Shown in pieces: positions 11,522 through 20,712 of a stretch of DNA of 51,531 nucleotides. The DNA lies in assembly GCA_003158395.1 (NCBI GenBank), contig PMIX01000238.1, positions 1 to 51,531 on the forward strand, read 5' to 3'. Source of the stretch: Myxococcales bacterium (GTDB taxonomy: Bacteria; Myxococcota_A; Polyangia; Fen-1088). The notes under the pieces were generated by a model. The model was given only the letters and a program-made list of their open reading frames with translations. It did not search any database and was not told the origin of the DNA. Position 1 is the first letter of the stretch, and every line of letters begins with the position of its first letter. The position numbers were made by a program, and so were the translations under genes.

Positions 11522-12508
11522 ATGAAGATTGCTCTCACATACCTGGTCCTGCTCGTAGTGCTTGTTGGCGCGGTGGCGCTGGCCTTGTTGGTCGGGCACG
11601 GCAGTTTGGCCGACCCGACCCTGCGTTCGACGCTGCTTGGACTGCGCGCCACGCGCGTGGGGGCAGCCTTGCTGGCGGGCGCAGCCCTGGCCACAGGCGG
11701 CGCCGTGGTGCAGGGCGTGTTTCGCGATCCACTGGTCAGCCCGTCCATTCTGGGCACGACAGCGGGCGCCAGCTTGGGCGGACAGTTGGCCATGTTGGCC
11801 TTGATTTCCCACACCCCCCTTTTCGGCCCGGCCCTCAGCGCCGAAATGGTATTGCCTCTCGGCTGTCTTCTAGGGGCGGGCCTCTCGCTTGTCATCGTGC
11901 TCGGCTTCTGTCGCGAGCGCACGGGCTCGCTGACTCTCATTCTCACTGGTTTCATCCTGTCCTCGCTCTTTCTCGCCTTGTCCAGCTTCATCACCAGCCT
12001 GGCGCAGGATTCCTGGGATATGAGCCGGGCTGTGGTGTCCTTCACCTTGGGCGGCGTGGGCGGCGTGAGCACGCGCCAACTCCTTGCGGCCCTGCCCTTC
12101 GTCGGCATCGGCATTGCCGCGTGCTGGCTGTGGAGCGACACCCTTGACCTGCTGCTTTCCGGCGAAGACGAGGCCAGCAGCCTGGGCGTCGAGGTGGGGC
12201 GCGCCCGGCGCTGGGCCGTGACCTGGGTGGCGGTGCTGGCCGCTGCCGCGATCGCGGTGGGCGGCAATGTAGGGTTCGTGGGTCTCATCGTTCCGCACAC
12301 CCTGCGACCCCTGGTGGGCGTACGCCACCGGCGCCTGATTCCGGCCTGTGCCCTTCTGGGCGGCGCGTTTCTCGTTGCCTGCGACATCATCGCGCGCGTC
12401 TTCCCCAGCCGCTCCGAGCTGCCCTTGGGCGTGATCACCGGCATCATCGGGGCGCCCGTGTTCCTGATCCTGCTGGCGCGGTCTCAACGCGAGGTGAGCC
12501 ATGGCTGA
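11522..12508 (+). CDS. FecCD-family ABC permease (BtuC/FepD-like)
   Basis: Polytopic membrane protein with the family signature GAALATGGAVVQGVFRDPLVSPSILGTTAGASLG. Starts 4 nt after the upstream stop. Confidence 0.9.
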   Translation: MKIALTYLVLLVVLVGAVALALLVGHGSLADPTLRSTLLGLRATRVGAALLAGAALATGGAVVQGVFRDPLVSPSILGTTAGASLGGQLAMLALISHTPLFGPALSAEMVLPLGCLLGAGLSLVIVLGFCRERTGSLTLILTGFILSSLFLALSSFITSLAQDSWDMSRAVVSFTLGGVGGVSTRQLLAALPFVGIGIAACWLWSDTLDLLLSGEDEASSLGVEVGRARRWAVTWVAVLAAAAIAVGGNVGFVGLIVPHTLRPLVGVRHRRLIPACALLGGAFLVACDIIARVFPSRSELPLGVITGIIGAPVFLILLARSQREVSHG

Positions 12509-13283
12509 TGGAACACTCATTGAGGCACAAGGGCTCACGGTTCGACGGAGAAGTCATGTGCTGCTCGACGAGATTTCCTTTTCCTTGGAGGCAAGACAGG
12601 TGGTGGCGCTGCTCGGGCCAAACGGCGCGGGCAAGAGCACGCTGCTCAAGACCCTGGCCGGCTTGCTGCCATTTTCAGGCGAGCTGCGGCTCGACGGGCG
12701 CGAGGCGTCCCGTCTTGACCGTGCAGAACGCGCGCGCCTTTTGGCCTATGTGCCCCAGCATTCGGCGCTGGACGCGGCGCTGCCGGCACGCGACGTGGTG
12801 GCGCACGGCCGCTTCGCCCACCGCGATGCCTGGGGCCGGCCTGGTCGAGGCGACGATGCAGCGATTGATCACGCGATGGAGCTGACCGACACACGCCGTC
12901 TGGCTGACCGATCCTTCTGTCGCCTGTCATACGGCGAGCGACGGCTAGTGCTGCTGGCGCGCGCCCTGGCCACGGAAGCACGCGTGCTGCTGCTGGATGA
13001 GCCCACGGCGGCGCTGGACGTGGCCCATGCGCTTGGCTTGCTACACCGGCTGCGCGACCTGGCCAGTCGCGGCTCTCTGGTCATCGTGGCGCTCCATCAA
13101 CTCAACGAAGCCGCTCAGACAAGCGATCGGGCGCTGCTGCTCGCAGGCGGCCAACTGGTAGCCGCCGGCTCTGCGGCGGAGGTCATCTCTGCTGAGCCCG
13201 TTCGCCGGGTCTACGGCGTCGAGATCGTGCCGGCGGCCCAGTTCGGCTATCGCCGGCCGGCCGAGAAAGCCACGGCGCCATGA
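12501..13283 (+). CDS. ABC transporter ATP-binding protein (BtuD/FepC-like)
   Basis: Walker A GPNGAGKSTLL, signature LSYGERRLV, Walker B LLLDEPTAALD. Overlaps the permease stop by 8 nt. Confidence 0.9.
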   Translation: MADGTLIEAQGLTVRRRSHVLLDEISFSLEARQVVALLGPNGAGKSTLLKTLAGLLPFSGELRLDGREASRLDRAERARLLAYVPQHSALDAALPARDVVAHGRFAHRDAWGRPGRGDDAAIDHAMELTDTRRLADRSFCRLSYGERRLVLLARALATEARVLLLDEPTAALDVAHALGLLHRLRDLASRGSLVIVALHQLNEAAQTSDRALLLAGGQLVAAGSAAEVISAEPVRRVYGVEIVPAAQFGYRRPAEKATAP

Positions 13284-14227
13284 TGCGCGCGACCCTGGCC
13301 AACTCCTGCGCCCTCGTGGCGGCCGTCGCACTGACCGTTCAACTTGGCCACGGCCACGGCTGGGCCCGCAACGGTGGTCCGTCTGCTTCGCGAGGCCGTT
13401 CTCCCGCGACAAGCAGCGCGAGCCTTGTCGATGCCACCGGTCATCCCTTGCCACCGCGACGCTACGCCCGCATCGTGTCCACCAACCTGGTCACCGATCG
13501 CCTGCTGCTCGAGCTCGCTGAGCCTGACCGCATCTTGGCGTTCAGTCGCGCCGCTGCCGAGCGCCCCCGGGACGGCTATCGCTATGCCGGCAAGCCCCTG
13601 GTCGACGGCTTTGGCCCGCTTGAGGCGCTCATTGCGTTGCGGCCGGACCTGGTGCTCACCAACAGTTTCGGCACGCCCGGGCGCGCGGCCAAGCTGCGTT
13701 CTGCCGGCATCGAGGTGTTTGACCTGGGCGAGTTGCGCGGTGTCAGCAGTCTTGTCAGCGCAGCCAAGACTCTGGCCGAACTCTTGGGGCAGGCCGAGCG
13801 CGGCCAGAACTTTGCGCGCGCCTTTTTGCAGCGGATGAACAACGTGGCGGGGGCGCTCGCGGGGCGCCTCCGCAAGACCGCCCTCTTTCTGTCAATCATC
13901 GGCAACCAGGTTCAAGGCGGCACCTCCGGCACGGCGTTGCACGACATCCTGACCGCAGGGGGCCTGATTGATGTCGCGGCCGCCAGCTACCGCGGCTGGC
14001 CGGCCTATTCAGCCGAGCAGCTATTGGCCCTGGCGCCCGACCTGATTGTGACCAAGCAGGGAATGTCCGCCGCTGTCTGTGCCTTTCCTGGCGCCGACCA
14101 TCTGCCCGCTTGCCACGAACCCGACCGAATTATCGAGCTTCCCGCCGAACTACTCGACGAGCCCGGTCCGGCCATGCTTGAAGCCGCCGAGGCCATTTTT
14201 CGGCGGGTCTATGGCGAACAACCGTAG
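13280..14227 (+). CDS. Periplasmic substrate-binding protein, class 8 (BtuF/FhuD-like)
   Basis: Signal peptide, then RIVSTNLVTDRLLLEL...ALRPDLVLTNSF...LAPDLIVT, typical of Peripla_BP_2 proteins. ATGA overlap with the ATPase gene. Confidence 0.8.
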   Translation: MMRATLANSCALVAAVALTVQLGHGHGWARNGGPSASRGRSPATSSASLVDATGHPLPPRRYARIVSTNLVTDRLLLELAEPDRILAFSRAAAERPRDGYRYAGKPLVDGFGPLEALIALRPDLVLTNSFGTPGRAAKLRSAGIEVFDLGELRGVSSLVSAAKTLAELLGQAERGQNFARAFLQRMNNVAGALAGRLRKTALFLSIIGNQVQGGTSGTALHDILTAGGLIDVAAASYRGWPAYSAEQLLALAPDLIVTKQGMSAAVCAFPGADHLPACHEPDRIIELPAELLDEPGPAMLEAAEAIFRRVYGEQP

Positions 14228-14228
14228 G

Positions 14229-16391
14229 TCAGTTTGCGCCGCGTTTCGATCCTGTTTGATGGGGGATTGTGTTCAGCCGGGCCGCGCGCGTTTCATTGAG
14301 GTACTTGCGCGCCGCCGGCAGATCGGGATCGTCGGCATGGGCCCGCTGCACGAACCTCTCGCACGCGACGGCAAAGCGCGGAACATACGTGTCGTCGACG
14401 CGAGAGAGAAATTGGTAGGCCATGCCGAGATCCTTCCAGACCGATGGACCTAGCTCGAACTTGCGCGTTCCCGGCCACGCGGCGATCCCAAGCTCTTCAT
14501 CGCCGCCGGCCTTGGCAATGACGTCCTCGAGAAGACGAAGCGCGGTCCGCGTCGCATCGGGAGCATCGCCGCGCTCGTGAGCGTATTGGAGCGCGAGGTG
14601 TGCGCGCCCGGCCTGAGTACCGATGACCCGCTGACCGAGGGCCCGTTCCCAAGACTCGTCCGGCGCGCGGAGAGCCGGCGCGACATCGTAGGTGCCGATC
14701 GCCTGGCGATCCCGTTCGGCCCACTCTTCGTAGGTTGGGAACTCGTTCGCCCGAACCAGGGAACAAACCAGGCCGTAGACGGCCAGCTTGTACCCCTCTT
14801 GCCAGCTTTGATCCCAATCGCCAGGATGACCGATGAGGATGAACGGCCGGTTGGGATTGCCGTCGAGCAGTTGCTTGAGGTTCCAGCCGTGTTTCCCGTG
14901 GGCACCTTCGGGCAAATACACATCGGAATGAAAACGCCGCTTACGTGCCGTGTACCAGGGCTTGACCAGGTAGTCGCTATCCAGGTGAATGACGTCGGGG
15001 CGAAGCTTCTCGACTTCGTGGAGGTAGAAGACAGAGCCCGTGACATCGTCCCCCATCGCGGTGATCACGATGGCGTTGGGTGGAAGCGACGCGAAGGCGG
15101 TCGTGATGAAATCTCGAAGGACGGTGTTGTTCCGTCCGCTTGCCTGTCCCGCATGAACCGCGACACCAGTCGCGAACACGGCCCCAACGCCTACCGGTAC
15201 CAGGCGCAGCCATGGACTGCGCGGATCCAGCTTTTGCACCAAAGCAGCGAGACCAAACCCGGAGGCAATCGCCAACACCAGATCGGACTCGATGCAGAAC
15301 CGGCCGAGGATGCCTAGTAAATGCGGCATCGATGTCGACAGGTTGGACAGAGTGCAGAAGGTCAGGCTGTAGAAGCAGAAAATGAAGAGAAGAACAGAGG
15401 CCGCCCTCCGGGTCTGGCGATTCTTCATGCCAAGATGCAAGCCCGTCAGGGCGAGAAGAGGACCAAACCAAAGCAGACGGGGAAATGCGCGACCCCACAT
15501 ATGCCAGAGCGTCGGCAAGAACGTGCCCTGCGCGATGAAGACTGCTTGCCCACCTGTCCGACCCATGCTGAAGGTTCCATAGTTGAGGCGCAGAATGTGG
15601 GCAACGAGGCCGGCGATGCTGGTTTCATCGCCCCACGATACGGCCGCCGCCGAAGCAGAGGCTGGCATGAGGTAGAGGTAGGGGACCAGGCCAAGCAGCC
15701 CGAAGGCGAGAGCCAAGGCCACACCTCTTGCAGCGAGGTGGCGCCGTGCAGTCCATAGCGAGCACAAGGCCAAGGGCGCTCCGACAAACACGAAAGTGTG
15801 GTGGTTGCACATGGCGAGCCCACTAGCGAAGAACAACGCAAACACGTCGCGGCGGGAAAGCGTTCGCTCGACACGGGACCAGAGGTGGAAGGCCAAGGCC
15901 ACGAACATGGCATTGAGGCCGAACACCTCCGCCCCCGTGGCGTGCGACCAAACCAGTGGGTTTGTGCCAAAGAGCGCCGCTGCCAGCAGCCCGGCCACAG
16001 CGTTGCGCGTCCACGACCAAACCACGGCGCACACCAGGCCGCCCGCCGCTGCCGTCGACACAGCGGAGAGCAGATTCACGCGCCAAGCGGGCGAGTGCCC
16101 GAGCGGGAGCGCGGCGAAGAATCGAGCCAAGAGCGCGAACAGCGGATAGCCCGACGGATGGGGAACGCCACCAGTGAGCGCCGCCGCCGTGAGTTCGCCG
16201 CTATCACCCCCTGCCACCGACGGATGGAGGGTCGCGATGTAGAGCGCCACCAGGAAGAGAAAGGCCAGGAACGGAGCGAGCCGAGCCCACGCAGTCGGCT
16301 CGTCCAAGGAAGCCGGGAGCAAGGGTTTGCTATTCACACTTCTGGCAGCGGCGCGCCTGCGTTCTCTCGGTGGAGAATTGCGTTTTCTCAT
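14229..16391 (-). CDS. DUF2723 (TMEM260-like, GT-C-type) polytopic membrane protein, putative glycosyltransferase
   Basis: The N-terminal signature [42 protein letters not shown] matches the DUF2723/TMEM260 motif. There are ~11 TM segments followed by a ~300-aa soluble C-terminal domain. Confidence 0.8.
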   Translation of the reverse strand: MRKRNSPPRERRRAAARSVNSKPLLPASLDEPTAWARLAPFLAFLFLVALYIATLHPSVAGGDSGELTAAALTGGVPHPSGYPLFALLARFFAALPLGHSPAWRVNLLSAVSTAAAGGLVCAVVWSWTRNAVAGLLAAALFGTNPLVWSHATGAEVFGLNAMFVALAFHLWSRVERTLSRRDVFALFFASGLAMCNHHTFVFVGAPLALCSLWTARRHLAARGVALALAFGLLGLVPYLYLMPASASAAAVSWGDETSIAGLVAHILRLNYGTFSMGRTGGQAVFIAQGTFLPTLWHMWGRAFPRLLWFGPLLALTGLHLGMKNRQTRRAASVLLFIFCFYSLTFCTLSNLSTSMPHLLGILGRFCIESDLVLAIASGFGLAALVQKLDPRSPWLRLVPVGVGAVFATGVAVHAGQASGRNNTVLRDFITTAFASLPPNAIVITAMGDDVTGSVFYLHEVEKLRPDVIHLDSDYLVKPWYTARKRRFHSDVYLPEGAHGKHGWNLKQLLDGNPNRPFILIGHPGDWDQSWQEGYKLAVYGLVCSLVRANEFPTYEEWAERDRQAIGTYDVAPALRAPDESWERALGQRVIGTQAGRAHLALQYAHERGDAPDATRTALRLLEDVIAKAGGDEELGIAAWPGTRKFELGPSVWKDLGMAYQFLSRVDDTYVPRFAVACERFVQRAHADDPDLPAARKYLNETRAARLNTIPHQTGSKRGAN

Positions 16392-16517
16392 GGCCTAGTT
16401 TGCGGAGAAACCATGGTGGAGGCGATAGGCGACCATCATACCGCAGCCTCTCAGGCCGCAACCCCGTCGCACTTGGCCTGCGAATCTGACAGATTCACCC
16501 CCAAGCATAGCCATCTC

Positions 16518-18569
16518 ATGCCGACGCCCACTGACACAAACCCTCGGTCGCCTGCTTCCGCCCGGTGGCAGATTGTCTCGCCCAGCCAACTGCGCCCCAC
16601 CCTGTTCGTCCGGCGGAAATACTGGGCTCAGCGCTTCGGCGTGGCCCCGGTCCTGCCCCTGTCGCGTGCCGAGATGGGCCGGCTCGGCTGGGAATGTTGC
16701 GACGTGATCCTGGTGACCGGCGACGCCTACGTCGATCACCCGAGCTTCGGCGCGGCGTTGATCGGCCGCGTGCTGGAGGAACAGGGCTTCCGCGTGGGAA
16801 TCATCGCCCAACCCGACTGGCGTTCGGCAGGCGCGTTCGCATGCCTCGGCCGCCCTGCCCTCATGTTTGGCGTGACCGCCGGGGCCATGGACTCGATGGT
16901 GAACCTGTTCACCGCGGAGAAGCGTGTGCGCAGCGACGACGCGTATTCGCCCGGTGGGAAGTCTGGTCTACGGCCGGAGCGCGCTGTCACGGTCTACGCC
17001 CAACGCTGCCGGGAAGCCTTTCCCGACGTGCCCATTGTCATCGGCGGCATCGAGGCCAGTCTGCGCCGGGTCGCCCACTATGACTACTGGTCGGACAAAG
17101 TACGGCGATCCGTGCTCCTCGATTCCAAGGCTGACCTGCTCGTCTACGGCAACGGCGAGCGCCAGGTAGTCGAGATCGCCCACCGTCTCGCCGCAGGCGA
17201 GCCAGTCGCGGCGATCGCCGACGTACGTGGCACAGCGCTTGCGCTGTCAGCCAGGGCGCCAGGGCCCGACCGGGGGGTTGAGATCGACTGCACCACCATT
17301 GGCGCCAGGCGCGCAGCCAAGACCAGCGGCCAAGTTATCCGCTTGCCTAGCTTCGAAGCTGTGGCCGAAGATCCGGTTCTCTACGCCCACGCCTCACGCA
17401 TCATCCATCTCGAATCCAACCCAGGCAACGCGCGCGCCCTGGTGCAACGCCACGGCGCCCGCGATCTGTGGGTGAACCCTCCCGCTCTGCCGCTTGCCAC
17501 AGCAGAGTTGGACGCTATCTACGATCTGCCGTTTTCACGCCGACCCCACCCAAGCTACGCCAGGTCGCGCATTCCAGCGTACGAGATGATCAAGTGCTCG
17601 ATCGCGATCATGCGCGGATGCTTCGGCGGCTGCACCTTCTGCTCGCTCACCGAACACGAAGGTCGCATCATCCAGAGTCGTTCGCCCGAGTCGGTTTTGC
17701 GCGAAATTGCGTCGGTGCGCGAGAAAACGCCGGGGTTCACAGGCGTGATTTCCGACTTGGGTGGACCCACGGCCAACATGTATCGGCTGGCCTGCAAGAG
17801 CCCCTGGCTGGAGGCAGCGTGCCGGCGTCTCTCGTGCCTTCACCCAGGCATTTGTCCCAATCTCGACACCGACCACGGCCCACTCATTGACCTTTACCGC
17901 CGGGCGCGCCAGGCAGAGGGCGTGAAGAAGATCACCATCGGATCGGGCGTGCGCTACGACTTGGCACTGTCCTCGCCCGCCTACATCGAAGAACTGGTCA
18001 AACACCATGTGGGTGGCTACCTGAAGGTCGCGCCTGAGCACAGCGAGCCGGGCCCGCTGGCCAAAATGTGCAAGCCCGGCATCGCCGCGTTCGACGAGTT
18101 CCACGCGCTGTTTGAACGCTTCTCGCACCAGGCGGGCAAGGAGCAGTATCTCATTCCCTATTTCATTGCCGCGCACCCGGGCACCACCCTGCGGGACATG
18201 GTGGCGCTCGCGCTCTGGTGCAAACGCAACGGCTTTCGGCCTGACCAGGTGCAGGCCTTCTTGCCCACGCCCATGGCCACTGCCACGGCCATGTATCACA
18301 CCGGCAAGAACCCCTTGCGCCCCCTACGCCGGCGCCGTGGCGAAGAAGTCTGCGTGGCCCGCGGCGAGAAGGAGCGTCGGCTGCACAAGGCCTTTCTGCG
18401 CTACCACGATCCCGAAAACTGGCCACTGCTTCGCGCCGCCCTTCTCCATTTGGGCCGGCCAGACCTCATCGGCCACGGCCGAGACTGCCTGGTTCCACCT
18501 GAGCGCCATCAGGCCCGCGGGGTTCGTCCCGCCCCGGACAGGCCGCGAAGGATGCTCCGTCGGCACTGA
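16518..18569 (+). CDS. ygiQ: YgiQ-family radical SAM protein (UPF0313)
   Basis: The N-terminus [44 protein letters not shown] is near-identical in pattern to E. coli YgiQ. Radical-SAM cluster motif CFGGCTFC. The track ORF start 15798 is an antisense over-extension. ATG 16518 is favoured (alternative ATG 16413). Confidence 0.85.
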   Translation: MPTPTDTNPRSPASARWQIVSPSQLRPTLFVRRKYWAQRFGVAPVLPLSRAEMGRLGWECCDVILVTGDAYVDHPSFGAALIGRVLEEQGFRVGIIAQPDWRSAGAFACLGRPALMFGVTAGAMDSMVNLFTAEKRVRSDDAYSPGGKSGLRPERAVTVYAQRCREAFPDVPIVIGGIEASLRRVAHYDYWSDKVRRSVLLDSKADLLVYGNGERQVVEIAHRLAAGEPVAAIADVRGTALALSARAPGPDRGVEIDCTTIGARRAAKTSGQVIRLPSFEAVAEDPVLYAHASRIIHLESNPGNARALVQRHGARDLWVNPPALPLATAELDAIYDLPFSRRPHPSYARSRIPAYEMIKCSIAIMRGCFGGCTFCSLTEHEGRIIQSRSPESVLREIASVREKTPGFTGVISDLGGPTANMYRLACKSPWLEAACRRLSCLHPGICPNLDTDHGPLIDLYRRARQAEGVKKITIGSGVRYDLALSSPAYIEELVKHHVGGYLKVAPEHSEPGPLAKMCKPGIAAFDEFHALFERFSHQAGKEQYLIPYFIAAHPGTTLRDMVALALWCKRNGFRPDQVQAFLPTPMATATAMYHTGKNPLRPLRRRRGEEVCVARGEKERRLHKAFLRYHDPENWPLLRAALLHLGRPDLIGHGRDCLVPPERHQARGVRPAPDRPRRMLRRH

Positions 18570-18852
18570 TCGCGCCTGTACTTGCTCGACCCGGCGACCG
18601 TGGGTCGCATTGTTTCTAGGCCATGGCACTGACAGCCACAGCCACCGCCAAGAAGCGCGAGGCGTTCTCCAGATACAGACTTCCCCTATCGCAGTGCGCG
18701 GGTCTCTTTCCAAATCCGTCGGAGATAGCTACTCTATTGGCATGCTTTTCACCCCGCCTACACGACCCTCCTCTCTTGAATGCGAGCTTCCTGTCGACAA
18801 GCAACCCCCGACGTGGTTGCCCGCATCAGGTCTGTTGGCGGACGGCCCAAAG

Positions 18853-20466
18853 ATGCTTTGTCAGCTCACAGTGGCAGCGGGCCTATGCGGGTTGATGCTG
18901 GTCACCGGGGCGTGTGCCAAGACGACCACGGGCGCGCCCACAACGGGCGGATCGACGGCAACCAAGCCGGCCGGAGGGAACACGAGCAGCGGAGGTTCCT
19001 CGGGAAACGGCGGCTCCACAGGCTCCACAAGCTCCTCGTCCGTCGCTGGGAACGACGGCTCAGCGACCAGCGGCGGTTCCACCGCCACGGCGGGATCGAC
19101 GGCAACCGGCGGGTCCACCTCTGCGGGCGGCTCTCCCAGCACCGGCGGCACGCAACCGGCGGGCGGCGCGGGTGCCAGCGGGGGAAACACCCGAACCGGC
19201 GGCACGACTGGCACCGGAGGCGGCAGCACGACACCCAGCGGGGGCAACACCGGAGCCGGCGGCACGACGGCCGGCGGAGGCAACGCTGGAGCTGGCGGCA
19301 CGGCTGGAATCGGTGGTGCCGTGGCGGGAGCGAGTGGCACTGCAGTAAGTTACAAACTTCCACCGCCCGACCGGTGCCACGATCAAGACTTTATCCCCTA
19401 CGACTACAACGCCAAGACGGGGTGTCTGGACGGGGATACGACCACCGACTGTGGCGGAAAATGCACGGTCGCCAACGCCTGCACGGACCCTCCCGCCAGC
19501 AAGCCTCACGCCGACTACACCTTCATGTGTCAACGGAACCAGTTGTTCAGCCCGGAGATGGAACAAGCCGCGGCCGACGACGGAAACACCGGTTTCCACT
19601 ACGCGGTTGTCGGACACGACGTAGGGGATCCAGGAGGGATCGACGGCAACGCTCAAAGTGCCTGCTGCCAATGCTACCAGCTGGTCTATGCCTATCCGAG
19701 CCCCAGCAACGACCGGCAGGTGCAGGTCAATCCAGACAATCCCAATCCTCCAGCCTCGGCGATCCCGGTTCCGCCTCCGCTCATCGCGCAGGCCTTCAAC
19801 ACGGGGGCCACACCGACGACTTTCGACGTGTACATGCCCGCCGGCGGGTTGGGGGCCAACAACGCCTGTGCCCAGGTCGCCGGAGCCAAGTCGCAGTCGG
19901 GTCTGTACATGTACACCAGCTACCCAGCCGATGGTCAGCCAAGCCAGGGTGGCGTGAAGCCTGCGAGCCTCTATCCGGAGTGCAAGACTGCCGTTAGTTG
20001 GGTTACCGAGGCGACCCTCACCTCTCCGGCCTGCGTGCAGAGAACCGCCAACGCCTGCGATCAGATCGCTTCGAATATCCCAGGCCTGACCCAGCAGTCT
20101 GAGAGTGGCTGCATCAAGGCGAACACCATCGATACCTTCTATCACCTTAACTGGTCAGTCTATGTGGCGAAGGTCGAGTGCCCCGAGAATCTCACCCGCG
20201 TAACTGGCTGCAAGCTGGCACCCCAGGGGTTGCCCGCCGTGAAGAAGGACGTGACGACCGCAGCGCAGGCAGCCAAGGATCCGGATTTTCGGTCCAAGAC
20301 CGGCAGCTCCAACAACATGTACGAAACCACCACCATGGAGGACTGCTGCCGTCCTTCCTGCTCGTCCATCACCTGGACCACCCAAAAGGGGCTCGTGACG
20401 GACCCCCAATACCGGGTTTTCTACCTCTGCAATGCCAATGGCGTGCCCTACACGCAGGCACAGTAG
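18853..20466 (+). CDS. Secreted lipoprotein with Gly/Ser/Thr linker and GH45-like (endoglucanase V / DPBB) domain
   Basis: Lipobox LMLVTGAC, then a ~140-aa G/S/T linker. The domain has GH45 hallmark strings: ACCQCYQLVY (cf. CCACYELTF), TFDVYMPAGGLGANNAC (cf. HFDLNIPGGGVGIFDGC), KVECPENLTRVTGC (cf. QVQCPAELVARTGC) and C-terminal EDCCRPSC...YLCNANG (cf. N-terminal YWDCCKPSC...FSCNANF). Start is ATG 18853 or ATG 18742. Confidence 0.65.
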   Translation: MLCQLTVAAGLCGLMLVTGACAKTTTGAPTTGGSTATKPAGGNTSSGGSSGNGGSTGSTSSSSVAGNDGSATSGGSTATAGSTATGGSTSAGGSPSTGGTQPAGGAGASGGNTRTGGTTGTGGGSTTPSGGNTGAGGTTAGGGNAGAGGTAGIGGAVAGASGTAVSYKLPPPDRCHDQDFIPYDYNAKTGCLDGDTTTDCGGKCTVANACTDPPASKPHADYTFMCQRNQLFSPEMEQAAADDGNTGFHYAVVGHDVGDPGGIDGNAQSACCQCYQLVYAYPSPSNDRQVQVNPDNPNPPASAIPVPPPLIAQAFNTGATPTTFDVYMPAGGLGANNACAQVAGAKSQSGLYMYTSYPADGQPSQGGVKPASLYPECKTAVSWVTEATLTSPACVQRTANACDQIASNIPGLTQQSESGCIKANTIDTFYHLNWSVYVAKVECPENLTRVTGCKLAPQGLPAVKKDVTTAAQAAKDPDFRSKTGSSNNMYETTTMEDCCRPSCSSITWTTQKGLVTDPQYRVFYLCNANGVPYTQAQ

Positions 20467-20712
20467 TTCGAGGGCCTGCAGCCTCGGCGCCGCGGGCGCC
20501 TGCGTGCACTTCACGCACGGGCGCGCAGGATCTGGGCGGCTGCTGCGGCATCGCCACCTGTTCCGCCGGTGAACGCAACTCCGGCCGTCGCGCAAAAGCG
20601 GTAGGTCGCCGCCCGGCATTCGTAATATAGATTGGGGGTGCGCGCTTGCCCGGCTTCTTTCTACCGCGGAGATTGCGATCTGGCATCCTGGTCTCGGGAG
20701 TGACTATCACCC

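Noticed and set aside
15798-16517. 240-aa upstream extension of the YgiQ ORF (track 15798..18569)
   Set aside because: It is antisense to the well-supported DUF2723 gene and has an Arg/Glu/His-rich nonsense composition. YgiQ homology starts near 16518.
18112-18852. Upstream extension of the GH45-like ORF (track 18112..20466)
   Set aside because: It overlaps the 3' end of ygiQ in another frame. The lipoprotein signal peptide begins at 18853 (or 18742).
19060-20145. 361-aa minus-strand ORF, and the 405-aa alternative + frame 18780..19997
   Set aside because: Both overlap the GH45-like lipoprotein gene and are Arg-rich with no motifs. The same reasoning rejects 17535..18299(-), 11500..12447(-), 20914..21741(-), 24995..25981(+), 25122..25892(-), 27713..28669(+), 33270..34007(-), 36496..37392(-), 42982..44067(+), 45528..46166(-) and 49331..50278(-).
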